A DNA stretch of 57,622 nucleotides, taken from the NCBI GenBank assembly GCA_035559335.1, contig DATMBH010000075.1:1-57622 (forward strand), read 5' to 3'. The translations under genes and the position numbers were made by a program. Source of the DNA: Gemmatimonadales bacterium (lineage in GTDB: Bacteria; Gemmatimonadota; Gemmatimonadetes; Gemmatimonadales; JACORV01). Positions 1-10,887 of this stretch are shown here, one piece after another (the first letter of the stretch is position 1; each line of letters begins with the position of its first letter). The notes beneath the pieces are model-generated. The model saw nothing but the letters and a program-made list of their open reading frames with translations. It was not told the DNA's origin and did not search any database.

Positions 1-1256
1 CTCCCCAGTGGCTCAGAGAACTGCGCACCGAGGGTCTGGAGCGGTTCGCCGCCGCCGGCTTCCCCTCCACCCGCCAAGAGGAATGGCGGTTCACCAGCGT
101 GCAGCCGATCGCGGAGGCTCCGTTCGTGCTCACCGGTGGCGATCCGGCTGCCGTGGACCGGCACGCAGCGCACCGTTTCGAGCTGTGCGAGGCCGGACGA
201 CATCTGCTGGTATTCGCCAACGGCCGCTATGCTCCCGAGCTATCCAGCGTCGCGGGACTTCCGGAAGGTGTGCGCGTCGGCTCGCTGGCTGCGGCACTGC
301 GCGAATCGGGCGACCTGGTCAGGCAGTACCTGGGAGCAGCGGCGCGGTCGGCGGGCAGCCCGTTCGGCGCACTGAACACGGCGTTCATTGCCGACGGCGC
401 ATTCGTTTACGTGGCGCCAGGCGTGCGGATGGACGAGCCGGTGCAGTTCCTGTACCTCACGGCGCCCGGTGCCGATCTACTGGCCACCAACCCGCGCTCA
501 CTGATCGTCGTAGACCGGATGGCCCGGGTCTCCATCGTCGAGACCTACGGCGGCGTCGGGACGGGAATGTACTGGACCAATGCCGTGACCGAAGTACTGG
601 TAGCCGATGGCGCCCGCGCCGACGTGTACCGGGTTCAGCGCGAGGCCGAGACCGCCTTCCACACCGCCGTCACCTGCACGGTGCAGGGCAGGGATAGCTC
701 CGTCCACCTGCACCCGGTGGCCTTCGGCGCGTCCCTGTCACGGCACGACATCCACATCGTGATGGACGGCGAGAACGGCCACAGCATCCTGAACGGACTG
801 TACCTGCTCGGCGGCCGGCAGCACTGCGATCACCACACCACGATCGATCATGCCCGACCGCATAACGAGAGCCACGAGTACATGAACGGTGTGCTCGACG
901 GCGAGGCGCACAGCGTGTTCACCGGCAGGATAATCGTCCGGCCCGGCGCACAGCGTACCGATTCCAAGCAGACCAACAACAACCTGGTGCTGTCCGAGCA
1001 GGCGCGCGCCGACAGCCAACCGCAGCTCGAGATCTACGCCGACGATGTGAAGTGCACTCACGGCGCGACGCTGGGCCCGCTGGACGAGAAGGCGCTGTTC
1101 TACCTCCGGAGCCGTGGCATCGATCCAGTTCATGCGCGCAGCCTGTTGACCTACGGGTTCGGGGCCGAGATCATCGATCGCATGGAGATCGCCCCGCTTC
1201 AGGCCCAGCTCGATCGGCTGGTGCGCCAGCGGCTGCTGGGCGGCCACGTTCGCTAG
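1..1256 (+). CDS. sufD: Fe-S cluster assembly protein SufD (5' end cut by window edge)
   Basis: The frame starting at nt 3 is open upstream of the track's GTG at 99 (PQWLRELRTEGLERFAAAGFPSTRQEEWRFTS...), so the gene enters from outside the window. SufD-type C-terminal region (NNLVLSEQARADSQPQLEIYADDVKCTHGATLGPLDE, LFYLRSRGI). Directly followed by sufS and sufU. Confidence 0.85.
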   Translation, partial: PQWLRELRTEGLERFAAAGFPSTRQEEWRFTSVQPIAEAPFVLTGGDPAAVDRHAAHRFELCEAGRHLLVFANGRYAPELSSVAGLPEGVRVGSLAAALRESGDLVRQYLGAAARSAGSPFGALNTAFIADGAFVYVAPGVRMDEPVQFLYLTAPGADLLATNPRSLIVVDRMARVSIVETYGGVGTGMYWTNAVTEVLVADGARADVYRVQREAETAFHTAVTCTVQGRDSSVHLHPVAFGASLSRHDIHIVMDGENGHSILNGLYLLGGRQHCDHHTTIDHARPHNESHEYMNGVLDGEAHSVFTGRIIVRPGAQRTDSKQTNNNLVLSEQARADSQPQLEIYADDVKCTHGATLGPLDEKALFYLRSRGIDPVHARSLLTYGFGAEIIDRMEIAPLQAQLDRLVRQRLLGGHVR

Positions 1257-1257
1257 C

Positions 1258-2514
1258 ATGGCGCACGGCGTCGCTCCTGCCGCGGCCGCACCGCCGGCCT
1301 TTGACGTAGCGCGGGTCCGGTCCGACTTCCCGATTCTCTCCACGACGGTCCGGGGCAAGCCGCTGGTTTACCTCGACAACGCGGCCACCGGCCAAAAGCC
1401 ACGCGCAGTGATCGATGCGGTAACCCGGTTCTACCGGGAGGAGAACGCCAGCGTCCACCGGGGCGTATACCACCTGAGCGAACAGGCCACCGATCGCTAC
1501 GAAGCGACCCGCGGCAGGGTCGCGCGCTACATCGGCGCCGCTGACCCCCGTGAGGTGGTCTTCGTGCGCGGCACCACCGAGGCCATAAACCTGGTCGCTT
1601 CCAGCTGGGGTCGGGCCAATCTGAAGCGCGGTGACGAAGTCCTGGTCACCGCGATGGAGCACCACTCCAACCTCGTGCCCTGGCAGATGGTGTGCGAGGC
1701 AACCGGCGCGCAGCTGCGGGTGATCCCGATGGACAGGGACGGCGCGCTACTGTTGGAAGAGGCCGAGCAGCTGTGTACGGATCGCACCCGGCTGGTAGCG
1801 GTGGTGCACGTCTCCAACTCGCTCGGGACTGTGAATCCTGTCCAGGAACTTGTGGCCCTCGCCCGGGCGAAGGGCGCGCTGGTGCTGGTTGACGGCGCGC
1901 AGGCGCTGCCACACGGCCCGGTGGACGTGGCCTCGCTTGGCTGTGATTTCTACGCCGGCAGCGGGCACAAGATGTTCGGGCCCACGGGCATCGGTTTTCT
2001 GTGGGGACGCCGCCAGCTCCTTGATTCCATGCCACCCTACCAGGGGGGCGGTTCGATGATCCGTAAGGTCACGTTCCCCCGCACCACCTTCGCGGACGCG
2101 CCGGCCAGGTTCGAGGCAGGAACTCCTCACATCGAGGGCGTAATCGGCTTGGGTGCCGCGGTGGACTACCTGCAGTCCCTCCCATGGGATTCGGTGCGCC
2201 AGCACGAAGCGCGTCTGCTCGAGTACGCGACGGAATGCCTGCGCGAAGTGGCGGGGGTTACCGTCTACGGCACGGCACCGCAAAAGGCGAGTGTGCTCTC
2301 GTTCACGCTCGACGGCGTGCACGCGCACGATGTGGGCACCATCGCGGACCAGGACGGGATCTGTGTGCGAGCCGGCCACCACTGCACCCAGCCGGTGATG
2401 GACTTCTTCGGCATCGCTGCGACCGTGCGCGCGTCGTTCGCCTTCTACAACACGCGCGAGGAGGCCGATGCCCTGGCGCGGGCGGTGGCGCAGGCTCGCA
2501 GAATCTTTGGCTGA
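1258..2514 (+). CDS. sufS: cysteine desulfurase SufS (class V aminotransferase)
   Basis: 418 aa. Motifs HHSNLVPWQ, PLP-lysine SGHKMFGPTGIG, catalytic Cys loop RAGHHCTQP. 1-nt gap after sufD; its stop overlaps the next start (TGATG). Confidence 0.92.
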   Translation: MAHGVAPAAAAPPAFDVARVRSDFPILSTTVRGKPLVYLDNAATGQKPRAVIDAVTRFYREENASVHRGVYHLSEQATDRYEATRGRVARYIGAADPREVVFVRGTTEAINLVASSWGRANLKRGDEVLVTAMEHHSNLVPWQMVCEATGAQLRVIPMDRDGALLLEEAEQLCTDRTRLVAVVHVSNSLGTVNPVQELVALARAKGALVLVDGAQALPHGPVDVASLGCDFYAGSGHKMFGPTGIGFLWGRRQLLDSMPPYQGGGSMIRKVTFPRTTFADAPARFEAGTPHIEGVIGLGAAVDYLQSLPWDSVRQHEARLLEYATECLREVAGVTVYGTAPQKASVLSFTLDGVHAHDVGTIADQDGICVRAGHHCTQPVMDFFGIAATVRASFAFYNTREEADALARAVAQARRIFG

Positions 2515-2963
2515 TGGCAGATCTCGCCGAGTTGTATCAGCAGGTCATCATCGACCACAACCGCAATCCGCGGAACTTCCGCGCGATTGCCGACGCCAAT
2601 CGCACGGCGGACGGCGACAACCCGCTGTGCGGCGATCGCATCTCACTTTACGTCAAGGTCGAGAACGGCACCGTTGCGGACATCGGCTTCCAGGGCAAAG
2701 GCTGCGCCATTTCCCAAGCTTCGGCCTCGTTGATGACCGGGGCCGTGAAGGGGAAGACGATCGAGGAGGCCGAGCGGCTGTTTCAGGCGTTCCACTCCAT
2801 GGTGACGAGCGATGGGACTCAGGCACCTGATACCAGCCTACTGGGGAAGCTGGCTGCCTTCGCCGGGGTGCGGCAGTTCCCGGCGCGCGTGAAATGCGCT
2901 AACCTGGCCTGGCATACGCTGCACGCGGCCCTCGCCGGAGACGGAAAAGCCAGCACCGAGTAG
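2514..2963 (+). CDS. sufU: SufU/IscU-type Fe-S scaffold or sulfur-acceptor protein
   Basis: Internal ATG at 2514 within track ORF 2184..2963, overlapping the sufS stop. 149 aa with three conserved Cys contexts (NPLCGD, GKGCAIS, RVKCANLAW). Confidence 0.85.
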   Translation: MADLAELYQQVIIDHNRNPRNFRAIADANRTADGDNPLCGDRISLYVKVENGTVADIGFQGKGCAISQASASLMTGAVKGKTIEEAERLFQAFHSMVTSDGTQAPDTSLLGKLAAFAGVRQFPARVKCANLAWHTLHAALAGDGKASTE

Positions 2964-2984
2964 CCTTAGCTGCGGCTCATCGAC

Positions 2985-3014
2985 AGGGCGTCCCCCGAGG
3001 AGCGCCCTTCTTGC
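2985..3014 (+). terminator. possible intrinsic terminator after the suf operon
   Basis: Hairpin AGGGCGTCC-cccga-GGA(G)CGCCCT (one bulged base) at 2985-3008, followed by TCTTGC. Starts 22 nt after the sufU stop. Confidence 0.4.
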
Positions 3015-3076
3015 ATTGGTGCCCTCGGCGCTGGCTCTTCCTGCACCAGCGCGTAGGTTATCAGCCGGCGAAGACG

Positions 3077-3600
3077 ATGCCAGCCGCTGCAACAGTGGTG
3101 CTTGCCATCGCTCCCGAAGGTTTCCGGGACGAAGAGCTGGAGTGCCCGCTCGCGGCGCTCGAGCAGGCCGGGCATCGCGGTTTGCTGGCTTCGACGCGCG
3201 CGGGAAAAGCTCGCGGCATGCTGGGCGGCGAGGTCGAGGTCCACACCACACTGGCCGGTCTCGATGCGCGCGGTCTGGACGCCATTGTGATCGTTGGCGG
3301 CGATGGCTGCCCGCGACATCTTTGGAGCCATCAGCCGGTCGAAAACCTGGTCCGGAGTGTGTTTGCGGCGGGCAAGCCAGTTGCCGCGATCTGTTTTGGC
3401 TCCGGAGTACTGGCGCGCGCGGGAGTGCTGGCTGGCAGACGCGCCACGGGGTTCAATTCGCCGCTGCTGGCAGTCGAGATGAAACGCGGGGGCGCGCTGT
3501 TCGTCATGGATCCGGTGGTCGTTGACGGCAGCATTTTAACTGCGAACGGTCCGCTGGCCTCGGCGGCCTTCGCAGACCGACTCGTCACCCTGGTATCGCG

Positions 3601-3604
<4 letters not shown>
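3077..3604 (+). CDS. DJ-1/PfpI family protein
   Basis: ATG at 3077 in the frame of track ORF 3011..3604 (175 aa). Nucleophile-elbow context AAICFGSGVLA and DAIVIVGG. Its stop overlaps the next ATG (ATGA at 3601-3604). Confidence 0.75.
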
Positions 3605-4552
<948 letters not shown>

Positions 4553-4560
<8 letters not shown>

Positions 4561-5824
4561 GGTCTGGGCTGTCGTTAGGCGCGAGTTCCTGGAGCGGGTC
4601 CGTACCAAGTGGTTCATCATTTCCACGATTCTGGGCCCGGTGTTCTTCGTCGGAATGGGAGTGCTGCCCAGCCTGCTGCTGGCGCGAAAGGGCCGCGCCA
4701 GCGACATCGTTGTTGTCCACGAACACAGCCCGACCCTCGCTGAGCGGGTCGAGGTTGCTCTCAACCGATCCGGGCGTTTCAGGGTGCAACGTGAGTCGGT
4801 TGCGACCCTGTCTGAGGCTGTTCTCGACACACTCACGCAGCGGGTTCGCCGCGAGGATATCGACGGTTTCCTGATTCTCAGCGCAGCCACGATCGAATCA
4901 GGTAGGTCCGAGTACCGTGGTCGCAACGTGTCGTCACTGAGCGACATCTCGGTCCTGGAGCGCTCGGTGAGGCAGGCGGTGATTATCGAGCGGCTCAACC
5001 GCCGCGGCGTGGATCCGGGAGTGGTGCAGGAAGCCCAGTCGGGAATCGATCTGACCACACTCAGAATCTCCAGACGCGGGTCCACCGGAGAGTCCGGCCA
5101 GGCGACGTTCTTCCTGGGATACGGCCTGTCGCTGATCCTGTACATCGTGATTCTCGCCTACGGAATAACGGTCATGCGCTCGGTCATTCAGGAGAAGCAG
5201 GACCGCATAATCGAGATCCTTATCTCGAGCCTGAAGCCGTTCCAGCTGATGCTGGGCAAGGTCATCGGCGTGGGCGGAGTCGGGATGGTTCAAATGGCGG
5301 TGTGGGCGGCCTTCGGCTTCGCAACCATGAAGTACAGAACCCAGCTCGTCGGGCTCTTCGGCGCTGACGCCAGCGCGGCCCGGAGCGTCCAGCTGCCGGC
5401 CCTGGGGGCCGAACTGATGCTGTTGACGCTGGTGTATTTCCTGCTCGGCTACTTCCTGTACTCAGCGCTGTTCGCGGTGGTAGGCGCCGCGGTGAACAAT
5501 GAGACTGAGGCCGGCCAGGCGCAGCAACCTGTGATGATGGTCCTAATAGTCACGCTATTCATCGCGATCGCGGCGCTAAATGACCCGGCCAGCGAACTGG
5601 CCGTTATCGGCTCGATGATTCCGTTCTCAGCTCCCATCCTGATGCCGGTGCGCCTCGCGATTGGGGATGTCCCCACACAGCAGATCGGCCTTTCACTCGC
5701 CTCGATGGTTGCTGGAGTGGCAGCCATAGTGTGGGTGGCGGCGCGTATCTACCGGATCGGGATCCTGATGTACGGAAAGCGCCCCAGTCCGCGTGAACTG
5801 CTGAGGTGGGCGAGGCAGTCCTGA
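4553..5824 (+). CDS. ABC-2 family transporter permease (NatB-like)
   Basis: ATG at 4553 (MHKVWAVVRREFLERVRTKWF...) in the frame of track ORF 4403..5824, overlapping the ATPase gene by 8 nt. N-terminal TM segment, large loop, then a C-terminal cluster of hydrophobic segments. Confidence 0.8.
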
Positions 5825-5828
5825 CCGG

Positions 5829-5844
5829 TGTTTCACGTGCAACA
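5829..5844. promoter_or_regulatory. parS centromere-like site
   Basis: TGTTTCACGTGCAACA matches the canonical parS TGTTNCACGTGAAACA at 15 of 16 positions. Lies 78 nt upstream of the parA ATG. Only such site seen in the window. Confidence 0.7.
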
Positions 5845-5882
5845 CAGCCCCTGATCGCGCATTGCTCCGGTAGATGAGGGCT

Positions 5883-5910
5883 TACGGCGCCTTCCCGGGC
5901 GCCGTATTTT
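5883..5910 (+). terminator. intrinsic terminator-like hairpin downstream of the ABC-2 operon
   Basis: Perfect 9-bp stem TACGGCGCC / GGCGCCGTA (5883-5891 / 5898-5906), loop TTCCCG, then TTTT (5907-5910). Ends 11 nt before the parA ATG. Confidence 0.5.
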
Positions 5911-5921
5911 GCCGTCGCCAT

Positions 5922-6749
5922 ATGGGTCGAGTTATCGCAATCGCCAACCAGAAGGGCGGCGTGGGCAAGACCACGTCCGCCGTGAACCTAGCGGCATCCC
6001 TAGCAGCTGCGGAGCGGCGCACGCTGCTGGTTGATGCCGACCCACAGGCCAATGCCACGAGCGGCATCGGGCTCGAGCGGGACCGACTGCGGCTGTCGAT
6101 GTACGAGGTGATGATAGATGGGCGGCCGCTGTCCGAGGTCATTCGCCACCAGATTCACTTCCCGCGTCTCGATGTCGCCCCCGCCTCGCGCGACCTGGTG
6201 GGTGCCGAGGTCGAGCTGGTGTCTAGGCCGCACCGCGAGTCTGTGATGAAGCGGGCCCTGGAGGCAGTAAAAGCCGAGTACGACTACATCTTGATCGACT
6301 GTCCGCCTTCGCTCGGGATGCTGACGCTCAACATGCTGACTGCGGCGGACGCGGTGCTGATACCAATTCAATGTGAGTACTACGCTCTGGAGGGGCTGTC
6401 CCAGCTGCTGAACACGATCCGGCTGGTCCAGCGCAGCTTCAATCCACGCCTCGCAATTGACGGTGTGCTGCTCACGATGTACGACGCCCGGCTCAACCTC
6501 TCACGCCAGGTGGCGGAGGAGGCGAAGGAGTACTTCGGGGCCCGGATGTTCGCCACCATCATCCCGCGTAACGTGCGGCTGGCAGAGGCCCCTAGTTTCG
6601 GAAAACCGATCCTTCTCTACGACATCGGGTCCGTCGGTGCACAAACGTATCTTCATGTCGCAGAAGAGCTTATACGCCGGACCGCGAATCGTACGGCGGC
6701 CGAGGCGGCTGAGGCTGAGCGGATTCCGAGTCTAGAGGTCGCACAGTGA
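5922..6749 (+). CDS. parA: chromosome partitioning ATPase ParA/Soj
   Basis: [18 protein letters not shown] deviant Walker A placed as in Soj homologues. Start chosen at ATG 5922; the track's ATG 5874 would add 16 aa encoded by the hairpin. Confidence 0.9.
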   Translation: MGRVIAIANQKGGVGKTTSAVNLAASLAAAERRTLLVDADPQANATSGIGLERDRLRLSMYEVMIDGRPLSEVIRHQIHFPRLDVAPASRDLVGAEVELVSRPHRESVMKRALEAVKAEYDYILIDCPPSLGMLTLNMLTAADAVLIPIQCEYYALEGLSQLLNTIRLVQRSFNPRLAIDGVLLTMYDARLNLSRQVAEEAKEYFGARMFATIIPRNVRLAEAPSFGKPILLYDIGSVGAQTYLHVAEELIRRTANRTAAEAAEAERIPSLEVAQ

Positions 6750-7630
6750 GCCCCGAGGGTCGGCGGCGGCTTGGTCGGGGGCTCGAGGCGCTGCTTGGAG
6801 CTGAGACCGTCGAGGAGGCCGAACGCGAGGGGACTCTTCGCGAGCTACCGGTCGGTGACATCCGCCCTAACCGCTACCAGCCGCGTCGCGCCTTCGACCC
6901 CGGCGCGCTCAAGGAGCTGAAGGATTCCATCGCTTCCAACGGCCTCATCCAGCCTGTGATCGTGCGACAGGTGGATGGGGGTTACGAGTTGGTGGCTGGC
7001 GAACGCCGCTGGCGCGCCGTCAAGGAGCTAGGCTGGGCGCGAATTCCCGCAGTGGTGCGCGAGGTGGACGAGCGCACACTGCTCACCCTTGCGCTGATCG
7101 AGAACCTCCAGCGTGCCGCCTTGTCTCCGATCGACGAAGCCCAGGGTTACGAGCGCCTGGTTCGGGAGTTCTCGCTCTCGCAGCTGGAGGTGGCCGAGGC
7201 CGTCGGGCGTGACCGCTCCACGGTCGCCAACGCGATTCGGCTGCTCCAGTTGCCGCGCGCCGTGCAGGATCTTCTTCATTCCGGCGCGCTGTCCGCGGGT
7301 CACGCGCGGGCGCTTCTGTCCCTGGCGGACGAGCGCGAGATCGTGCGTCTGGCGAGAGAGGCTGTGGCGCACGACTGGTCGGTTCGCGAAACCGAGCAGC
7401 GCACCCGAGGCAGCGGCGCGACGGCGCGCACCCCGCGTGGGAAGCGGGGTAGGAGAAGTGTTCCACCGGAGGCGCGTCGAATCGAGGAGTCGCTGCGCCG
7501 CAAGCTGGGAACCGACGTGGCCGTCGTGCTCACGGGCAAGCAGAGGGGTCACCTCAGCATCAGGTTCTACTCGCACGACGATCTGGCGAGACTGCTGGAA
7601 CTGATCCTCGGGAAACGCTGGGACGGTTGA
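6746..7630 (+). CDS. parB: chromosome partitioning protein ParB/Spo0J
   Basis: [38 protein letters not shown] motifs. GTGA overlap with the parA stop. Confidence 0.9.
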   Translation: MSPEGRRRLGRGLEALLGAETVEEAEREGTLRELPVGDIRPNRYQPRRAFDPGALKELKDSIASNGLIQPVIVRQVDGGYELVAGERRWRAVKELGWARIPAVVREVDERTLLTLALIENLQRAALSPIDEAQGYERLVREFSLSQLEVAEAVGRDRSTVANAIRLLQLPRAVQDLLHSGALSAGHARALLSLADEREIVRLAREAVAHDWSVRETEQRTRGSGATARTPRGKRGRRSVPPEARRIEESLRRKLGTDVAVVLTGKQRGHLSIRFYSHDDLARLLELILGKRWDG

Positions 7631-8451
7631 TGGCGAAGTGGCCGGGCTACACCATAATCGTGCACCGCGACGGGGCGCTCGATTCGCGGCAGTTCCACCT
7701 GCCGGGCTGGCTGCTGCGAACGACAACCGCCGCGGCCTCGGTGGCGTTGGTGGCCGTGGCGATCATCGTCGCGATCTACGGGCCGATCGTGGGAGCCGCT
7801 GCGCGACTGCCGTTTGTCGAAAGAGAGGTGCGGCGCCTGCGGGATGAAAACACACGGGTGAACGAACTAGCAAGACTGCTCGATGAGGCGGAGGCGCGCT
7901 ACGCGCATCTGCGCGGCATGCTCGGGGCCGACGTGGCGCTCCCGGACCCCGGGGCGGCGGCCCGGGCCGTGGCGAGCGGCGAAGAGCGGTTGTTTGTGGC
8001 GCCGGCGATTTTCGCGCGCGAACCCTCGGTGGGCAGCGATACGTCGCTGCCCACCGGGCCGTCCATTCCAAGGCGATGGCCGCTCACCGTAGCGTCGTAT
8101 CGTACTCGGGGACTGGCGCAGGGGCTCCCAGGCGTCGAATCGCACGCCGGGATTGATCTGGCGGTGCCGGAAGGATCGGATGTGCGCGCCTCCGGCGGCG
8201 GAACCGTGCTGAGCACCGGAACCGATTCAGCGTACGGACTGTATGTGCTCTTGCAACACCCGGACGGATACGAGACGATGTATGGTCACCTTTCGCGCGT
8301 TCTGGTTCGGCGCGGCGACCAGGTACTCGAAGGCCGTGTCATCGCGCTGACAGGGAACACAGGCCGCTCCACCGCGCCGCATCTGCACTTCGAGATTCGA
8401 CGCAATGGACGCTCGGTTGACCCATTGACTCTGGTGAGAGAGGGGAGCTGA
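7630..8451 (+). CDS. M23 (LytM-type) family metallopeptidase, membrane anchored
   Basis: ATG at 7630 overlaps the parB stop (TGATG). N-terminal TM segment, coiled-coil-like stretch, then M23 motifs HAGIDLAVPEGSDV and GNTGRSTAPHLHFEIR. Confidence 0.85.
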   Translation: MAKWPGYTIIVHRDGALDSRQFHLPGWLLRTTTAAASVALVAVAIIVAIYGPIVGAAARLPFVEREVRRLRDENTRVNELARLLDEAEARYAHLRGMLGADVALPDPGAAARAVASGEERLFVAPAIFAREPSVGSDTSLPTGPSIPRRWPLTVASYRTRGLAQGLPGVESHAGIDLAVPEGSDVRASGGGTVLSTGTDSAYGLYVLLQHPDGYETMYGHLSRVLVRRGDQVLEGRVIALTGNTGRSTAPHLHFEIRRNGRSVDPLTLVREGS

Positions 8452-8453
8452 AA

Positions 8454-8957
8454 ATGGCCATGTTCGGGGCGAAGGAGCCGAAGGCGGAGACGCCGTCCGC
8501 CGCAACGCTCTCCGTCATCGGAGTCGGAATGATCGTGCGTGGCGACATCGAGTGCAACGGAATCATCAAGATCGAGGGCACAGTGGACGGCAGCGTCACC
8601 GCGAAGCAGCAGGTTCTGGTTGCCAAGGGCGGCGCCATCAACGGTGGCGTTGAATCGCGCGAGGCGATTATTGGCGGGACAGTGCGTGGAGACATCGAAG
8701 CTGCCGAGCGAGTCGAAATACAGGCTGGTGCAACGGTCGAAGGAGATATCGTGACCAGCCGCATCCTGGTCGCCGAGGGCGGCACGCTCAATGGTCAGAT
8801 CCGCATGCGTGAACCCGACGCCAAACCGCGACCTGAGACCAAGGCGCCTCCTAATGGAGGCCAAGGACAGGCGCCAGCCGTATCGGGCCGCCCGCAGGTA
8901 CCGGTTGCCCGAGTGGCCGTGCCACCGCGGACTCCGGCGGCCGGAGCTGGGCACTGA
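8454..8957 (+). CDS. bactofilin (polymer-forming cytoskeletal protein) with Pro-rich tail
   Basis: Repetitive beta-helix pattern (VRGDIECNGIIKIEGTVDGSVTA..., GGTVRGDIEAAERVEIQAGATVEGDI...). SD-like GAGAGGGGAG upstream; 2-nt gap after the M23 gene. Confidence 0.85.
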   Translation: MAMFGAKEPKAETPSAATLSVIGVGMIVRGDIECNGIIKIEGTVDGSVTAKQQVLVAKGGAINGGVESREAIIGGTVRGDIEAAERVEIQAGATVEGDIVTSRILVAEGGTLNGQIRMREPDAKPRPETKAPPNGGQGQAPAVSGRPQVPVARVAVPPRTPAAGAGH

Positions 8958-9075
8958 TCCACCGCCGGGTTCCGCAACTGCTAGCACAACAGAAGATCAG
9001 CGCGACTGTCGCGATCAAGTCTCCGCGCTGCTGCGCAGGCGCCTCCACTCCCGTGCTTTCTCGTCAGGCTCCTCT

Positions 9076-9837
9076 GTGGCCGTAGTTCATCTCGCGGAGT
9101 TGGTCAGCTACCTCGATAGCTACCTGAACATTAGCGGGTTCGTGGACTCCCCGGGTGCGGTCAACGGCTTGCAGGTGGAGAACCGAGGCGGGGTGAGCCG
9201 GATTGCGGTTGCCGTGGATGCCTGCCAGGCGGTTATCGAACGCGCCGCATCAGGGCAAGCGGATCTGCTTGTGGTGCATCACGGCTTGTTCTGGGGCGGT
9301 GGACGAGCGGTGGTCGGGCGAACCTACAGTAAGCTAGCCGCACTGATTCGGGCGGATCTGGCGCTGTACAGCGCCCACCTTCCACTCGATGCCCACCCGA
9401 CGGTCGGTAACAACGCCGAGCTGGCACGGCTCGTTGGCCTGAGCGTGGATGGATGGTGGGGTGAGGTGGAAGGCCGGGCAATCGGCGTGCACTGCGCAGC
9501 GAGTCTGACCCGTGAGGAGTTGGTGGGCAGGGTCGGCGAAGCCCTTCAGTGCGCGCCTAGGATCCTCGCATTTGGGCCGGCGCAATGCCGGAAGGTGGGA
9601 ATTGTTACGGGCTCGGGCGGTTCGATGATCGCGGCTGCGGCTGCGGCCGGCATCGACACGTTCATCACGGGTGAAGGTCAGCACTGGACATATTTCGAGG
9701 CCGAGGAACTGGGTATGAATGTTGTGTTCGCCGGCCACTATGCCACCGAGACCCTGGGCGTGAAAGCCCTGGCAGCCCATATCGAGAGCCGCTTCCAACT
9801 GCCCTGGTTTTTTGTGGACCACCCGACCGGGATGTGA
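9076..9837 (+). CDS. Nif3-like dinuclear metal centre protein (YbgI family)
   Basis: GTG at 9076 in the frame of track ORF 8791..9837 (253 aa). Motifs NGLQVEN, LLVVHHGLFW, AHLPLDAH, FAGHYATE. The upstream part of the track ORF overlaps the bactofilin gene. Confidence 0.8.
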   Translation: MAVVHLAELVSYLDSYLNISGFVDSPGAVNGLQVENRGGVSRIAVAVDACQAVIERAASGQADLLVVHHGLFWGGGRAVVGRTYSKLAALIRADLALYSAHLPLDAHPTVGNNAELARLVGLSVDGWWGEVEGRAIGVHCAASLTREELVGRVGEALQCAPRILAFGPAQCRKVGIVTGSGGSMIAAAAAAGIDTFITGEGQHWTYFEAEELGMNVVFAGHYATETLGVKALAAHIESRFQLPWFFVDHPTGM

Positions 9838-9882
9838 CGTGCCTTCAGGCGCCAACGGCGCCCAGGTCGGGCGAGTCGCTCG

Positions 9883-10887
9883 TTATGCAGGTTCCGGATA
9901 GTGGTTGCCCGTGCGCTGGGCACCGCCTGCCGCGAGGTTCGACGCCACGATCGCAGCGTTGCGTCGGATGCCAGATGCGCCAGCGCGCTCGAGCGCGGTG
10001 TCCCCGAACCGGCGCTCGAAGTCCTCGTCTTCGATGTCCATTAGTTCGGCAACGGCGGGCCACGCTCGCGACGGATCCGAGAGGTGCCGCTCGTCAAACG
10101 GCTCAGGAGCGAACTTCACATTCCACGGACACACCTCCTGGCAGATGTCGCATCCAAACAGCCGGTTGCCAATGGCCGCGTGCATCTCGGCAGGAATGGC
10201 GCCCCGCTTCTCGATCGTGAGATACGAAATGCAGAGTCGAGCATCCACGACTCGCGGTTCGGGCAGAGCCTCGGTGGGACATGCCTCTAAGCATCGCGTG
10301 CAGGTTCCGCAGCGATCGGCGTCGAACGGCTCGTCCCTAGCTAGCACCAGATCGGTGAGGAGAACGCCGATGAAGGTGTACGAGCCGAAAGTCGGATTGA
10401 TCAGCATGCCGTTCTTCGCCAGCCAACCGAGGCCAGCACGCCGGGCGAGCTCCCGCTCGGGCATCGGACCGGCATCTACGTAGCAGCGGCAACTACCACT
10501 TTGAGCATGACCGGTAAGCCTGGACCCGAGAAGCTCTAGTCGCTCACGCGTAACGCGGTGGTAATCAAGACCTTGAGCGTATCTGGCAACCCGGTAGCCA
10601 GCCGGCTCGGCGGCGTCGGTTCTCGAATAGGTATCAAGTACTACTACTACAGACCGACATTGGGGCCAAGCCGCTAGCGGATTCTTTCGGATGGCGGCCT
10701 GCCGCTCCATGTAGGTCATCTCACCATGCATGCCAGCCGCGAGCCATCGGTCCAGGGCCTGTGCCGAGGCGCTGGAGCTGGCGGGATCAGCTATGCCGCA
10801 TGCGGCGAAGCCAAGGTCCGCCGCGAAGCGCTTCGCCGCAGCGCTCAGCGCGGCTGGGCTCAGGGCTTGAGGATCTCCCGGCGCCAT
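9883..10887 (-). CDS. queG: tRNA epoxyqueuosine(34) reductase QueG
   Basis: Two 4Fe-4S motifs (CGTCTRCLEACPTEA, GCDICQEVCPWN). Start taken at ATG 10887 (MAPGDPQALS...). The longer track ORF reaching 11136 has a non-protein-like N-terminus. Confidence 0.85.
   Translation of the reverse strand: MAPGDPQALSPAALSAAAKRFAADLGFAACGIADPASSSASAQALDRWLAAGMHGEMTYMERQAAIRKNPLAAWPQCRSVVVVLDTYSRTDAAEPAGYRVARYAQGLDYHRVTRERLELLGSRLTGHAQSGSCRCYVDAGPMPERELARRAGLGWLAKNGMLINPTFGSYTFIGVLLTDLVLARDEPFDADRCGTCTRCLEACPTEALPEPRVVDARLCISYLTIEKRGAIPAEMHAAIGNRLFGCDICQEVCPWNVKFAPEPFDERHLSDPSRAWPAVAELMDIEDEDFERRFGDTALERAGASGIRRNAAIVASNLAAGGAQRTGNHYPEPA

Noticed and set aside
8-697. 229-aa ORF at the left edge and many 60-170 aa ORFs throughout the track.
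   Set aside because: They overlap sufD and other confident genes in other frames, and their Arg-rich composition looks non-coding.
5825-5921. Possible replication origin next to parAB.
   Set aside because: No DnaA-box (TTATCCACA-like) clusters, no AT-rich unwinding element and no dnaA/dnaN/gidAB genes in the window. Only the single parS site is supported.
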